In this document: one piece after another, positions 41,308 to 57,578 of the stretch
Position numbering within the stretch: position 1 is the stretch's first letter
Layout: every line of letters begins with the position of its first letter
Source of the DNA: Eledone cirrhosa
Lineage: Eukaryota
Length of the DNA: 64,000 nt
Assembly: GCA_964016885.1 (NCBI GenBank)
Contig: OZ024752.1
Location: 1,550,001 to 1,614,000, forward strand
Reading direction: 5' to 3'
Notes under the pieces: generated by a model
Database searches by the model: none
Seen by the model: the letters and a program-made list of their open reading frames with translations, nothing else
Told to the model about the DNA's origin: nothing
Translations under genes and position numbers: made by a program

Positions 41308-42982
41308 ACGGATACACATACACACATTCACACACACGCACCCCCACACACGTTATATAGGGAGATAGAGTGATAGATACATATACATGGGTGTGTCTGT
41401 GTTGCGAATGTATGTATATATGTGGAGATATTATCTACGGCGCATAAGCCCTTGTTGATATTTGAAGTCAGAAAGAACAGATGTACGCTAGTATATACAT
41501 AGTCAGAGTATTTTGTATACATAACGTTGGTCTTGACTTAATTTCGCATATAAGTACACACACACCACACTCTCACTCTCACACGCGCACACAGACACAC
41601 ACATATAAACACACACACAACCACACTCACTCACACACACACACCCACACAAACACGCACAGACACATACACAAACACACACACACACGTATATATATAC
41701 ATGTATGTATGTGTGTGTGTGTGTGTATTTTGTGTGCGTATTCTATTACTTCTTTCACTTTTCCGTTTTCTCTCTCAATATCACTCTCTCTATATATATG
41801 CCTAGGTGTGTGCGTTTACACATGCATATACGCATTCCTCTACATGTGATCATATCAAATTTGGTATATCATTGAAATATTTTATATTAATAAAATCTCT
41901 CAATATTCTCAAGATTTAGTTTGCCTACATGGCAATATCCTAGCAGATTTCTATTCAAGATCCTCAAGTTTCAACCACTTAAAATTACTGTTCAGTATAA
42001 TATAATACGCAATAGAGAGAGTGAGATTTTTTCTTAATTCTCGTATCTATAACCATCAGTTTCAAGAGGCTTCATCGATTTAAAACCAACTAAGCGATAA
42101 TAATATCTCCTGAGACATATATTTCAATCTTGCTCCAACGAATTCGTCTAGATGGATCATTAATTGTGCAAATTTGAGTATTATATTCAGCCCGAAGCAT
42201 CTGTAAGCCCCTTGCTACACTTACACAGCTAGCAAATTTTCAGAAACATATTATGACATATAATCTAGCTTCACTTGTATTACATTTAGGACATTCCATA
42301 GAATCACATTTGCACCCTGACACAGGGTCCCGTTCAAGATTGTTTCAGGTTGTTTTCCATTGTAGAAAATCACATCTTGTAACTAGAAATATATATTGCG
42401 ATACACTTCTTTTGGATTGAGTTTATGTACGGAAAACTCATAAACTTATATTATATTAATCTTATTTATCTATATATATATTATATCATAAAGTCTCGTA
42501 GACACTTAAAATATCAGTATTGTAGGAGGTTTCAGAGTAGGATTCGAAACTGAATATATTACAGATATATCTCAAAAATGTTAAACACCTTGCCTGTGAC
42601 GGTTCAACAAACAAAGTAAAGCGAATTAACGAACATTCTAACGATATAAACAGACACAAATCCATCAAGTCGTGTCTATATGCCTTCGTTGTAAATGGTG
42701 AAACATAAATTTAGTTGTTGGATTATACAGATAACGTATGAGACACCAATGTGCTGTGAATATTGCTGAAGGGAAATAGTTGTATTTTTAAACTACAGAG
42801 TAGTTTGATAGCGGGATCAAAGGATATCTGATGAATAGGGTAGTAACAATATTGACCGAAATGATAGTAGTAGGAATGGAAATGGTATTAGATGAATAAA
42901 ACCTAGCATACAGGTGGTATTCAAGACACCTGGAGGCATCTGTGAGTGGGGAGAGAGAGAATGGGTGATAGAGCGAGAGAGA

Positions 42983-43067
<85 letters not shown>

Positions 43068-45844
43068 GAAAGGAGAGAAATATTCTGTGTATGATGAAAA
43101 TGCAGACATATATCAGGTCTATTAAATTATATATATATTTCAGTATATACAAGCAAAGCAAGGATATGATGAGGCTGTTAACAAGTTTCGACGTACAAAT
43201 TATTTAACTAACAGTCTCATATCATGGCTGAGTTGATTATCCTAGGCTGCAAAGAATGCAAAAGAAATCTATACAAACAGTATCTTAAAATATTAATATA
43301 TTTCATACAACATGTCTTTTCTGTGGACAGTTAGGCACAGAGGGTGTATGTGATTTATTTACATGTTGCGAATATGAATAGACTATTAACGATAACAATC
43401 CATCAGACTGGAGTGTGAAGACACAAACATAATAATATACAACAAGGTGGCAAAATAGGATGGTAACACAACAGTGCAATATATAAATAACAACGAATAA
43501 CTGGTAAGTAGGTTTATACGACTGGACTATACATGTGTACCTGAACAAACTAAGTCTGAACTACTAGTGAACAACCGTGGCCTTTTCTGATGAATTAGAG
43601 ATGTAGCCCTCTCCTTTTTTAGGATAATCTAATGCTCCGTAATGAAATGTGCATCTCCGATCCAAATAAGCTAATTATCAGAATGTCATGTGATTACCAG
43701 TGTTTTATATTCATACAATATGCCAATCTTTACTTGGTTATGTTCTTTATGTAACAGGTCAGTTACTCCAATTTACGTTGCTCTGCATTGAATATATAAC
43801 TTATAAATGACGTTTTAAAAACGGTATTGGCCAACCGTTTTAGGTTTCCCTGAACAGAATCATAGTATTGCTAGGAGTGTAAATGTAATTTGTTACTTTG
43901 AAAAGACGGTCACAACGTCTTATGAAGCATCTTGTTTGATTTTTAATCTGATTGTTCAGTTGCTCTCGTGGATGCAAATTAATGATTTTGTATTCAGTTA
44001 TTTTTTATTTGTGATTCATCTGTTGTTTTTACTGAAAGCTATCCACCACTATCTACCTGGCTTTTGTCGCTACCTTTGCCCACACTTTTCACAACAGAAG
44101 CTGATACATATTCTCATGCTGACAACATATCTTCGACAAGTTTCATGGGGAAGATGGATGAGAATAATTGTTGCATCTGGTCAGAGCGTAGGGAAGATAA
44201 TCGTTACTACGTGATATTTTAAGCATTGTCCCTATACGGAACGTTGGTGGTAAAATACATTTATCCTGGATTTCCTCTTTTAGAAATAGATTTGTATTCA
44301 TGTTAGATGAAGGACTTTCTGAGAACGACGCTGCCTATTGTAACCACCGTTGGAAATCCGATGCCAATCGTAATGCTACTTTAGAGGACATTTGACGTCT
44401 GATATAATTTTAACTCTCCTCTGTTTGTCCAGATTGGTGTACTCAATTCTATATCATGGCAATGATTATCACTATGACTGTTATAGCCACAGATATAAAG
44501 CAAATTTTCGAGTCACTTAGAATATAGTACTTCTTGTACCAGATACTCCCAATTAAGTTGGAACATTTTCCACTAAATCTGATAATCATTGGCGTGATAT
44601 AGAATTGAGTACACCAATCTGGACAAACATGAAGGCACACATTGTGTGCACATACGTAATAATCATCGTTATTTCTTCATGGATATTGTCGAGAGATTTT
44701 ATTATGAAATACTATTTTATAGTGTCACAAGTTATACCGACCTAGCTTAGAAGGGTACTCTGTTTGAATTTAAAGAAACATGCTGACACCCCAGTCAAAA
44801 AAATGAGTGATGGCTACAATATGAAAGAATAACGCCCTCTCCCACTAATCTGTGTAATAACAGACTAAACATGCTACCTTAGATTATGTCTACGTTGTAG
44901 TTGTAAGTACATGTACTAAAAGGAAACAACTTAACAGTAGAAGGTATTTGAAACTGAACTAAATCATCACGCTTCTTATCATCCTGGTCAATATTCCATG
45001 ATTTGGAACTATTATTTCGATCTAAATCATTTTATATAAAGTATAGCTCTGAAGCACGGATGTCTAAAACACGAAGTGTTTTCTATAAGTGTTGTATGGA
45101 ATTGTTAGGAAATCAAAACTATGGAGAATTTGCTACGTGAATAGAAATAATTTTACATTTTTGACAAATTTATTGAATAGTAAATGAAATACAATACAAC
45201 TGTTTCTTCATTTCAGCATGATATTATTGTCATCTGTCGATAGTGCTATGATTAATTTAATTATTGTCGCAAAAATATCAATTTACTAATAAAGATCGAC
45301 CAGAAACTATTATTATCGTTTCTTTTGTAAACAAAGAATTAATATATAAAATAGAAAATATTGTAAAATCTAGGCTACGAATAGATTATTATTTATGTAA
45401 GCGAACAAACTAGTGTTTATGAAATAATAAATGAAAATCGTGTCTATAGAATTCTTGATTCATATAAGGTATAATATGAAAGAGTGAAACGTTGAAAATA
45501 TTGCTGGTGCGGGGTATAATTTGGAAATATTTGATGGTATAAGAAGTATGTTCAATAATATATATTTCAAATGGCACATCTTTGATTCATCACCTACGGT
45601 TTTCATTTTCACTTGCACATGATCCGTTTCTTTATGAATGCGATGGATATTAATCTAATTCATTGAAATACAGATATATATTTGAGAAACATAGAAATGT
45701 AGGAATGCTTCCGCGAAAAAAAATTCCTAGTTTAATAAAGCGAAATACATATTAAATGTTCCTTTTATATATTTCTATACACACATACACATACGTACAT
45801 AAATACATACATGCATACATACATACATGCATACATACATACAT

Positions 45845-45912
<68 letters not shown>

Positions 45913-45919
45913 TTGAAAA

Positions 45920-45990
45920 GTGCATGGCTTAGTGGTTAGAGCGTGGGGATTACAATCGTGAGGTGTGAGTTTGATTTTTGAACCGGGGTT
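45920..45990 (+). mobile_element. tRNA-like head of a second SINE family
   Basis: TGGCTTAGTGGTTAGAGCG (A box) ... GAGTTTGATTT (decayed B box); too degenerate to be a tRNA gene. Confidence 0.6.
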
Positions 45991-46004
45991 TGCGTTGTGT
46001 TTCT

Positions 46005-46342
46005 GTAGAAATGAGTTGCGACGTTATTGGTGCCAAGCTGTATCGGACTTTGCTTTTCTCTATCAAGGAAGAATTCCCTAATGTGGGCGGTGGTTTGTAC
46101 CGTGATGACGGTATTTTGAACATGACAAAGTGCACCCCACGCGCTTGCGACAGGTCAGAAAAGAACTCACAGCCATAAAGGCTTCAACCTCCCCATACAG
46201 GTTGAGGTCAACCTCTCGGTCGTTAATTACCTCGACATTAATCTCAATTTGTCGAATGGCATGTACTACCCGTATAGAAAGCCGAATGATACGCCTAATT
46301 ACATAAGTAAGCATTCTAACCGTCCTGCCAGCATAACATGGC
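46005..46342 (+). pseudogene. Penelope-like RT fragment (catalytic/thumb region)
   Basis: GGGLYRDDGIL; NYLDINLNLSNGMYYPYRKPNDTPNYISKHSNRPASI. Confidence 0.8.
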
Positions 46343-46725
46343 ATATATATATTTCTGATAACTTAATCAATTTGAATAGATATATACATTGGTACTCCCA
46401 CAAGGTTTACATCAGGTATCTAAATACAATTTGACAGTAACATACATCAATGCATTAGAACGAGTACAAATAGTTGTCAATGCCTAATTTGAAGAAAAGA
46501 TTGTAGAGACAATTTGTGAGGCCTTATCTTATAATCACTTGTACTAGAATGTTTTTATTTCTTTTTACTTTTAATCTTCCAACCTTTAGCATTAGGTTTT
46601 AATTGCATCATAAAATACAACTTACACCGAAGGTGAGTCACCCGTCCCAACATAGGAGTATAAATGTCAAACCACAGTATCAGTGTTGTAAATTGTTGCC
46701 TCCGTGCGGCACCTTACATATATAC

Positions 46726-46903
46726 TTGGCAGTATCGGTAGAGGGCCGGACGTCATGCTTTGACGCATAGAGTTACGGCCCTTGCCATTCTGAGTTCAAA
46801 TCCCACCGAGGTTAACTTAGCCTTTCATCCTTACGGGGGTCGATAAAATAAAGTACCAGTAATGCACTGATATTTGCTGGCCTTGTGCCAAAAGTAGAAA
46901 CAA
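46726..46903 (+). mobile_element. tRNA-derived SINE
   Basis: Same family as 1148-1333. Confidence 0.88.
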
Positions 46904-48239
46904 TCATGTATTATCTTATTATTCCTATCCTGTGTAAAGAGGTGTTCGGCTTTTAGGCCTCAATACACTGGTGGGACATTATGAACTGCAAATAGAACAA
47001 ACTTCGATGATCTTATATTCCATATGTACATTTCAAACTATAATACAAAAATTCATAATTTTAAGAATAATTTTCTAGTTATCTATATTTGATGTCTGAG
47101 CATTACAAAGATTGTATCTCATGTTTCGCTCATTTGTTGACACTTCAAATTTCTGACTGTTCAGGTTTATTCTCGGAAAATGTTTCCATTCTGTTTCAAA
47201 CAACGTTTAATATATTAACATTGATATAAATCTAGTTATAGATGTATATATGTGCATCATTGAATAGCAGCTTATTCATAACTACGAGAATGCTGGTTGT
47301 ATCTTAATAGTAGAAAACGTAATTATATATCATGATACTTGCAGATATGACGAAACTATCTGAATAAAAGAAATAAAAAACAAAATATATATTTACGTCA
47401 GCTCACAGGAAAGGAAAAGAGGTATATATACCATGAAACATAAACTGTACGAAAAAAGCAGCAAACATCTTAATGGACTTTTCTCAAAACTTAACTGCAT
47501 TCACTTACTTGTTTTCGTGTATTCTAATATTACAAGTAAACAATTTAATTTATTACAAAATGCATAATTTATTTCCAAATATCCATATCTTCCTGTTGTT
47601 TTTACTTTTTGTAATTTTATTTTTTCTTTAAAATATGTTCCATCATTCTCACGCCTTTGTTTATTCAATTTTAGTTACTCTCATGAAGTTTGCCATTGAG
47701 AAAATGCATTTAGGCTTCCTTCAAACATTAACAAAATTGACATTTTTATTCTGAATATATTTTTTCTGCTTTTATCTGCTAGTTCTCTAAATATTTTTAG
47801 TTTTGATATCTATTTTTCTTCATTTTATGTTCTTAATGGTGTTAACACCATGATGTTTTATATCAGATTTTTTTAGCAGTCTGTGTTTTCAAGATTCTTT
47901 GTGAATCTTTCTATACATTTCACATTAAAAACATTTTTCTGGATTCGTTATTTGTTTGAAAAAAAAAAGACGATATGTTTTATTTTAGTTTCAAGATGCT
48001 AGTTAATGGACCAGGAACATTTAAACATCAGATACTTCTGTAACAATATTCGCTATCATCATGTAATTTTAAACATGCGAGTTTATATTCGTGTAATGGA
48101 TATATGAGGCATACAATGACTTTAATACAATTCCAATGTGATCGTATACATATATTAAGCCCGTCGAGCTTTCTTTCCTCTTTCCAATATAAAGCGTGAA
48201 ACTAATAAGACTTTTTTGCCTCTGTTTGTTGTCTCCTTG

Positions 48240-48311
<72 letters not shown>

Positions 48312-49622
48312 TGTGGGAGGGTGTATTGCGTATCTATTCATACAGGTATAGATTAACGTCATGGGTGTGACAGCTATTTTAAACTACATAACATCGTACG
48401 GTATAATTAATAGTGTTCCTGGTAGATATACACCAATCTGAGTAAATAATGGCAGCTCATGTATTTATTTCATTACTCCAAATAAAAAAAATATATTACT
48501 TTTTTCCCGTTTGCTCTCATAACACATTTCTCATAACAATAGTTACAAGAAAGGAACTGTTTTATGAGGGTAAAGTAAAATACAATAAATTTCCTCAACA
48601 TAAGAGTACAATTTAACAACATTTGAAATGCAAATAAACGTATTAAAAACGTTGATACAAAATTCCTATCTTAATTTTACTTCTTCGCAATATAATAAAT
48701 GATATTAAAATAAGAGAAGATGGATATATTGTATATCCAAATTACAGATTTAAGACATTATTTAATTTGCATGCTCACATATTTCCCCCAAATATATATT
48801 TCCACCGAATATGCGTTTAATTCCATTCAAATTGACCATAGCTTATTCGTCCCAAGTAATGTTATACTTTCTTGTCTATCTCCTGTTAAAATGTCTCGTG
48901 CAATTTAGCGATTACGGCCCGTCTTCTTATTCATCCTTAGGCATGCCTAATCTATTTCGTCTCACTACTCAACGTTTGTCCTGTCTTATTTCCAACAGAG
49001 GCTTTGATATATTTTCCAGTTGTTGGATTGCAATGTACGAACACAGTTCAACCATCCTTAAAATAAGCACCAATCAGATCTCCTTCGATATCTATTATAA
49101 CTTCATCTTTCGAGGTTTCGAACGGATTACTGAAAATCTCAATTATCTTTGTTCAGTTTGTATCGTCTAATGATTACGTTGAATATTTTAATTTTTACTT
49201 AAATGTGATTTTATACGTTTTTCATAAATTAATATTTTTGGCAGACCGACATAAGGTTGACCCAATTGACATATCAATCAAAGGAAAACTACCGGAACAT
49301 CGACATTAAGAAACTCGATTCGACGTAAGCAGACGTATAAAAGACACCCACACAAGCACACACGCGCGCGCGCGTACACACACATACACACTCACACACA
49401 CACACACACATACCCCTCGTCCCCCCATATATATATATATATATATTTAACAAAGAAGGTTTTGGTAAAGTACTAGGTGGACCATAACGCACCAGAGTAC
49501 CCAATACTTAGAGTAGTAGAGTCAGTAATAGGAAAAGAGTCCGGCCGTTTCAACAGCTAGATCCGAGATCAGATTTAGCTGTCGAAACGGCCGGAGCTCA
49601 GCTGTCGGGGTCTTGAATCTTT

Positions 49623-49755
<133 letters not shown>

Positions 49756-51555
49756 TATTTATATATATATATACACACTCATAGTCTTGGATGCATTTAG
49801 TCTAAACAACATTTACTAATATATTATTGTATATATATACATGTATCTATGTATGAATATAATGGATGATGTGTTATGTGTGTGTCTCTGTCTCTCTATG
49901 TACAGTTATGTCTCTGTCCGTATTTACCTTCCGTACGGCAATGTTTCAACAAATAAACATCGATAAAATGTATATTAAATCAGAAGTCATTAGATGTGTT
50001 CTATATTTCTCTAATATAGTTTTGCAAAACAATATAAGGATGTATCGTCACAGACGACAGTAAATGTCATTATTGTTTCTTTTCGGTGTAGTGTAGAAAC
50101 GTTAGAATATTCACTTTCGCTTGGAATTATAGTCATTATTTTCCCCCCTTAACAACATGGCAGGTAAAGAAATGTGAAGAATTTGAAATTTGAAGTTTAC
50201 GATAATAAGTTGTGGCCGAGAGAAAAAATCTCGTCAATTTGCATATAGTTTTTCTTTCCATTCAGAGCATAGAGTAGGAAATGGATTAAGTGTTAGTTTT
50301 ACACTAGATTGTAAAGAAATAAAATCCTCGGAGTGTAGTTAACATCCATATTGTTTTTAATAACTTCGTTTTCCATAACTTGTTTAAGTTTTGCTCTACT
50401 GGAAAACCTTACAATTTAATATAGCAGGGAAGATAGTGAAGGGAAGGAAGAAATATACCCATTGACTGCGACGTAGTGGTCTCTAGTCATTTGCAAGCCC
50501 TCTTCTCTCTTCTATGACTGACAGCTATCTAACTCATCTGTGATTTGGAAAATATATTAAAGAAATACAAAACACACAGAATGTCTTCTGCTTCTCTAAA
50601 TATTTGTCTAAAAGGAATAACGGATAAAACATATATTTTTAATAATTTATTTCCTGACATAGCAGTAAACTAATCTTTGCAAACAGGCTGTGTTAATGGT
50701 CCTTCGAATCAAATTGATGCTTTCTGAAAGATTCGATTCTCAGCTGACTACAATCATAAAGAAAGTGAAATGCATTTTGCACCAAACGTTTTAGATAATA
50801 TCTGAGATACATCGAATACAAAAATTAAGAAGCTTGTGTATAATGCTACCTACCAAATTCAGAATGACATCTGTCGTCAATGCAGAGGAGCCTCTCGACA
50901 TCGAATTTAGCTTAACCGTAGTAGCCATCTAGAGTTAAGTGTATGGGAATCTCCTAAACAGTGTGGGTTCGCTAACAATGCTGGTACATAAAAGATCTGG
51001 GAGCTGCCAAATTGCATTTGCTGCGTCTCCGTACCCACGTTAGTAGACATGTGCTCGTGCACGAGGCTGTATATGTTTATATGATTGTGCGTATGCTGTA
51101 TGTAGAAGCATGATGATGGCGATCAGTAGCACTATATCGGTGTTTGTATCTTGAAAGCGCGCATATATTTAGCGTTGTGTTTTCGTAAGCTTCGGATACG
51201 TTTGCATTAACCCGGACGCTTATGCATTCGTATATATGCGTGAATACGGGGACACTACAATTCTATGTCTATCTGTCTATCTACTTAACGAAGGAGTTGT
51301 GGTAAGGAACCATATGGACCATAACGCACCAGAGTACTCAATACTTAGGGTAGTAGAGTGGGTAATAGAAAAATGTATGACCCCGACGGCAGAGCTCAAT
51401 CCGTCCAAAACATCTCGAGCTCTGCCGTCGGGGTCATACATTTTCCTATCTGTTTCTGTATATACATATCTGGCTATCAATCTATCTATCGCTCCATCTA
51501 TCCGACTGTCTGTCTGCCTGACCATTTCTCTGCCTATTTATATATTTATCTGTCA

Positions 51556-54500
51556 GCCGGGAGGTGGGGGTGTGGTTGCCGTTTTGCTGCGGAAACACCT
51601 GGACCTCGTAACACAGACGGTACATCTGGACCCGGAGGGTCGACTGGTGCTCCTAGACGTTGACGGTAGTGAAGGTGGAGCCTTCAGGATGGTGGCCGCA
51701 TATGCCCCATCCGCGACACCGAGGTCAGACTTCTTCAAACGTCTAGAGACTTTTCTAGGAACGTCCCGCTCCCTACTGTTAGTTAGGCAGTACTTGACGG
51801 GGGCCATTGTCAACAACAGATGGCGGTACTCTCTCATGAGGGAAGTCAGATTATACTCGATAGGATTTAGTTAGAATTAGTGTTAGATAGAAATAAGACC
51901 TAAAAGGAACTGGTAGATAAAGTAAAAGAGGCACTTAGGAGTGACAACGTAGCCAGCGTGCTAGCAACGAGAATGGCCTTGGACCAATTCAGGAGCAAAA
52001 TACGTGCTCTGGGAAACGAGGAAGCCAAAGCTGTTAGCTGGGCCCGGGTGACAGAGGCGAAAAGTGCAACAAGTCCACGATTCGGTCTTTGAAGGACCAA
52101 GACGGACGCGTGATACGTGAGCCGAAGCAGATGTGCGCGGCCTTTCAGCCGCACTTTGCTCAAACTGTTCGGGCAGGGCGGTGCGACGGGAGGGGCTATG
52201 GATTTCGGTCCATACCTCGATGGCCTGCCGCGACTCTCGGACAGCGAGGCGAAGTTCTGCGAAAGGACGATTTCGGCCGCTGAGATAGGGGACGCGCTGA
52301 GCCAATGCGGCAACGCAAATCTCCAGGTCTCGACGGTCTACCCTACGAATTTTACGTAGCAATGCCGCACTTGTTCTCCGGTCTCCTAGAAGCGGTCTAC
52401 TGCAACTGACAGCAGAACGGGAGAATTCTCAATTCTGTGACCAAGAACGTAGTCACGTTAGTCAGGAATGACGAGAATAAGGGGCATGACATAGGAAACT
52501 TCCGGCCCATAACTCTGCTAAACACAGAGTTACAGATTTTGGCTAAGGTGTTGGCAAAAAGGCTGGCGCTTGTCGTCAAAAACCTGGTGGGAGAAGCGTA
52601 GACATGCGCAATCCCGACCAGGTCCATACACGACAACATCAACCTCATGCCATACATCATAGAGAGGGTAGGGTGTAAACCCGGCTTCTGTGGGGCCCTG
52701 ATCAACTTGGATCAGTCTAAGGCTTTCGATAGGGTTGGCCATCGTTACCTGGATGCGGTGCTCGAGGCGGCAGGCTTCGGGCCCGTGTTCAGGGCCAGGA
52801 TTGCTGCAATGCAAGCAGCAACATCTGCTCAAGGGTCAAGGTGAACGGCTACCTCTCGGAGCCGTTCCATATCACGAGATCAATCCGACAGGGATGCCCT
52901 CTCTCCTCCCTTCTGTACGTACTGACTCTCGAGCCACTACTGCGGAAGTTGGGGCTATTGCAGGGCATCTCTTTTGAATAGGGACTACGAAAAGCGGCGT
53001 CGGTCTACGCCGACGACTTTACAGTAATGGTGTCGAGCACCTAGAAAATCGGGGAGGTCGGCACCTTACTGAAGGAATACGAAAGGTTCACAGGAGCGAA
53101 GCTGAACCGGGACAAATCCATCGGTTTGCAACTCGTAACGTGGAGAGGCAAACCGATGCCTTCCGATGGTGTCGTCGGACGCTGGACGGAAGGACCGGTA
53201 AAGCTGCTCGGGGTCTAGTTTGGTCCGGACCTCCAGGTGGAGAAGAACTGGAACGAGGTGACGGCCAAGGTGGTTGCGCTCATCCAGAAGTGGGCCGAGA
53301 GCAAACTATCCTTTAAAGGTCGAGCGGAGGTGGCGAACTCTTTTATAGAGTCCGTCATCTACTACCGCTTGACCGTCGTGCCTTGTCCAGCCAAAACGCT
53401 CACCAAAATGGATCGGGCGCTCTTCCAATTCCTTTGGAAGAAACGGGCTCCTTTGGTGAGAAGTTCCATCTGCTGCCAACACCCTTCAAACCGAGGTCTG
53501 GGGATGCCGTGGTTGACGATGGGCAAACACACGCTCAGGCTGCGGCACCTCCACGTATTCCTCAGCGGACAAACGGTGTGGGCCCCATTCGTGAGGCAAG
53601 CTTTCCCACGACTCGTCTCGCTGCAGTCCTGGGTCAAGCAAAAGCCGAGGAAAATGGGCGACTGGCACATCCAATGTGCTAAGGCACTCACAGTCCTCTG
53701 GCAAACGGACCCGGCGATCAGTGGAGACTCCACTTCGTCATTCTATAGAGGGTCAGTCCGCAGCAGGTGCGACGACGCGCTCGGAGAAATTCTGGGCGTA
53801 GAGGAGGACGAACTGGCCTGTCTGTTCGGTAGGACCTTCCGCCCGTGACCGATGGACAACTTCCAAAAGTTCCTGGCCTGGCAGTGGTACCGAGGAACTC
53901 TACCAGTTCGAGACAAGCTCTACAGACACGGGTGCCCGGGCAGGGACCCTTCGAAAAGGATCTGTCCCAGATGCGTGCGCGACGATGAAACCGTCGCGCA
54001 CACATTTGTACACTGCTCGGGCGTTACCGACCTGTGGGGCTAGCTATGTAGAACGACTATTGTCGTGGGTGGGACCACTCTAGTTGACCACCGAGTCCAT
54101 TGTCACAATCAAACCGCCACCCTCCTTCAAAAACAAAGGATAAGTGGTTTTCCTATGTGTTATGTCTATGGTGAAATAGGTTATATGGTGGACGAGGTTA
54201 AAAGGGCTGAGGTCAGACACCTATACTCTCTGGCGAGCAACTGATTCGTTTTTACAAATATCATTTTGGAAGAAGAATGAGGATGGAGAGAGAGGTGCTG
54301 TACCCCAGTAAATTTTATGTAAGGTGGGTGAATGTGGCAAAGATGGCTCGAGTGGTTGGGCCTTCTCTCTATATAAGGTTGAGGAAAAAGAGGAAGAGAG
54401 GAAGGAAGTACTCGCTCTTCGTGCTCTTGGAGATGAGGGTTGTACATTTTGTTGGAGTGTGTACAACCCCTGTGTAACGCCTCACCCCTATTGGGGATAT

Positions 54501-54606
54501 CAATTGTTATTTGTTATTTTATTAATAGTTCTATTTTCATATACCTATATGTAAACTCCCCATTTGTATTTGGCCCCTTCTTTTGTCCCCTTGTGGCTAA
54601 TAAAGA
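51556..54606 (+). mobile_element. Tx1/L1-clade LINE ORF2 (APE-RT-zinc knuckle) pseudogene with 3' UTR; 5' truncated and internally deleted
   Basis: GC-rich island; GVVAVLL..DPEGR..AYAPS (APE); NFRPITLLN..ILAKVLA; LDQSKAFDRV.H; IRQGCPLS; YADD; CPRC...ETVAHTFVHC; AATAAA at 54599-54604; multiple stops and frameshifts. Confidence 0.92.
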
Positions 54607-55039
54607 AATGTATCTATTTATCAGAGACATCTTGTTGAATTTAGGCATAGATGTGTAGTTGTTAATTGTCAACAACCAGCCCCCACAGCTAGGATCATAT
54701 GTCACCACTCCGTGGTAAACTTGACCATCTGCCTACTTTACCCAATGTAACATTAATTTAGCTTATTTTCAATCTCTACTTTCTACCAATTACAACTTAT
54801 GACCATTCCAAGATTCATCATTTCCACCGTCACCACCATGGGTACCAAAGACCGTCATCATCAACACTATCAGCAGTATCAACACCACTAACACTACAAA
54901 CAGTATAGTGCTGTCCATCCTCAAAATACATCATTCAAACGGAATTGCAACCGACTATTTTCGCCACATTTCCAATTTCATAACAAGTATATCATTTGTT
55001 TCACTCGGTGATCTTCACAACCAGCCTATTCTAATGAAC

Positions 55040-55640
<601 letters not shown>

Positions 55641-55649
55641 TCAGGTCAC

Positions 55650-56160
55650 CAGTTGGTGCTACTGGTAACATGTATTCCAGTACAACCTGTCCCATGGTCG
55701 GGTCGTTGGTGACTAAACTGGCAACCCCACCAAGGTTTCTTGGTGAGGAGGGTGACTTTGGACATCCTGCAGGACTAAAAACAAAACCTGTCAAAGAGCA
55801 AAGAAGCTCTTAAGAGTCAATGGCCATCCAAAATCACCGGGAGAGATGACCCCTTAGCCTTTGTCAAGGCAGAATTCTAGGAGAAGGAAAACTCTGATAT
55901 AACACCTGCAACCCTGATGGTATCCAATGATGTTGACTTGTTATTCTTTTTGGTAAATATCATCTTGGTTAAGAGAGTGGGACTGGCTTTGTGCAGTGCC
56001 TTTGCTCACTATGAAAGCTTCAGGGCACAGGCATTGCTTTATATCTGGAGATCTTTCTGCACTTGTCGTCACATGGTACCATGGGCCCAGCACTATGTGT
56101 CAATAATTGTCACAAGTGTAGTGTTTGTACCAGAGTTTTCAAGTCGCTGGCTGAACTAAA
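55650..56160. repeat. Interspersed repeat homologous to 20275-20790
   Basis: Shared sequence blocks; TA-flanked. Confidence 0.6.
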
Positions 56161-56303
56161 AAGTCACACTCGTTCAGCGCATCGGTAGGGGTTCTCCTAC
56201 ATGGATATAAAGTAGTGGCCGTACTCGAAAACGAGTTGGCAGCCACCATATATATATATATATGTATGTATACATATATATATATATATTTATATATGCA
56301 TGT

Positions 56304-56340
<37 letters not shown>

Positions 56341-57512
56341 AACCTGTGGAATTAGCAACACACATTTACATCATCAATGTTTACACAGCTTCTAGTGAAC
56401 TATTCGTTGTTCGATAAAGGTTTTGCCCAATAAAACTGCACGAATATTGCCTGAGGTAGGACGGCAACGCCTAAATGCTTTTTAAAAACTTATTTCATCT
56501 ACTTTCTGGTATGATTTGAAATCTATTATATAACATAATTTTTATATATAATATATCGCAGTAGTGACATTTGCAATGATCATATTTGTAATTGTATTTA
56601 GTAAACCATGTTGTTAGTTATATTAGAAAATCAATATCCATTTTACACCATTTTAATTAGCAGAGTAAATCTGCATTAACTCCATTCAACAAAAGTGATA
56701 TTAATTAAATTACTTCGAAAGTGAAGTGATTCACTACGTTACAAATAGCTAATCTCCGGTTAGATTGATACTGATGTATCAATTCATATGTCCGTGGGCT
56801 TCGTGCTTAAAGATGGAACCAATTATAAATTAAGCAATTTATTAATGATTGTCTGTTCATTAATTGTTATTTGTCGTAGAATTGGAAGTTAGTGGAATGA
56901 AAAAGTCTTCGCTTAAGTATGTGAACTATCATATTATCTGAACTATAGTAATTCGTTGGTAGCAAAACGACATAAAAAATAAATATCTAAACATATATCA
57001 GCTGTTTCGATGTGGTACCTCCTTAGAAACACATATCTTATTCTTATGGCTACCCATCCATTAAATTACGTATAATGTATTATAATATTGGTGTATAAAA
57101 TATCATATACGATATATCTCTGTGCTAAATAAAACAGTGATTACAGATCACGATTGGTTTATAGGGTGACCTGGATGGTATAGGATTAATTAGTGATCAT
57201 CTCCCTATGCTTTAAGTAACCCCACTACGCAACTGCTACTAACAATTAATCGAAGATGGTCACGTTCACAATATATTCAAATGAACATTTCAAAATTAAG
57301 TTTCATACGCAAAAAACATAAATGATTTACCTTATTCCTGTTAGTATGCAAAAAGTATGAATATCGGGGATGAAGGATGAATGTCAAAAGCGATGAGTTA
57401 AAAATTCTCACTGCTTATAATTATAATTGTGATCAAGATCACACTTTGAAATGTCCCTAGCGTATGTTCATATATCGCCCCTACTATTAACGACGCTATA
57501 TTAGCTATATTG

Positions 57513-57571
<59 letters not shown>

Positions 57572-57578
<7 letters not shown>

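Noticed and set aside
43560-44700. Possible ancient LINE RT remnant on the - strand
   Set aside because: Only faint motif hints; cannot be supported without a profile search.
45920-45990. Possible tRNA gene
   Set aside because: Decayed T-arm and no acceptor stem; better explained as a SINE head.
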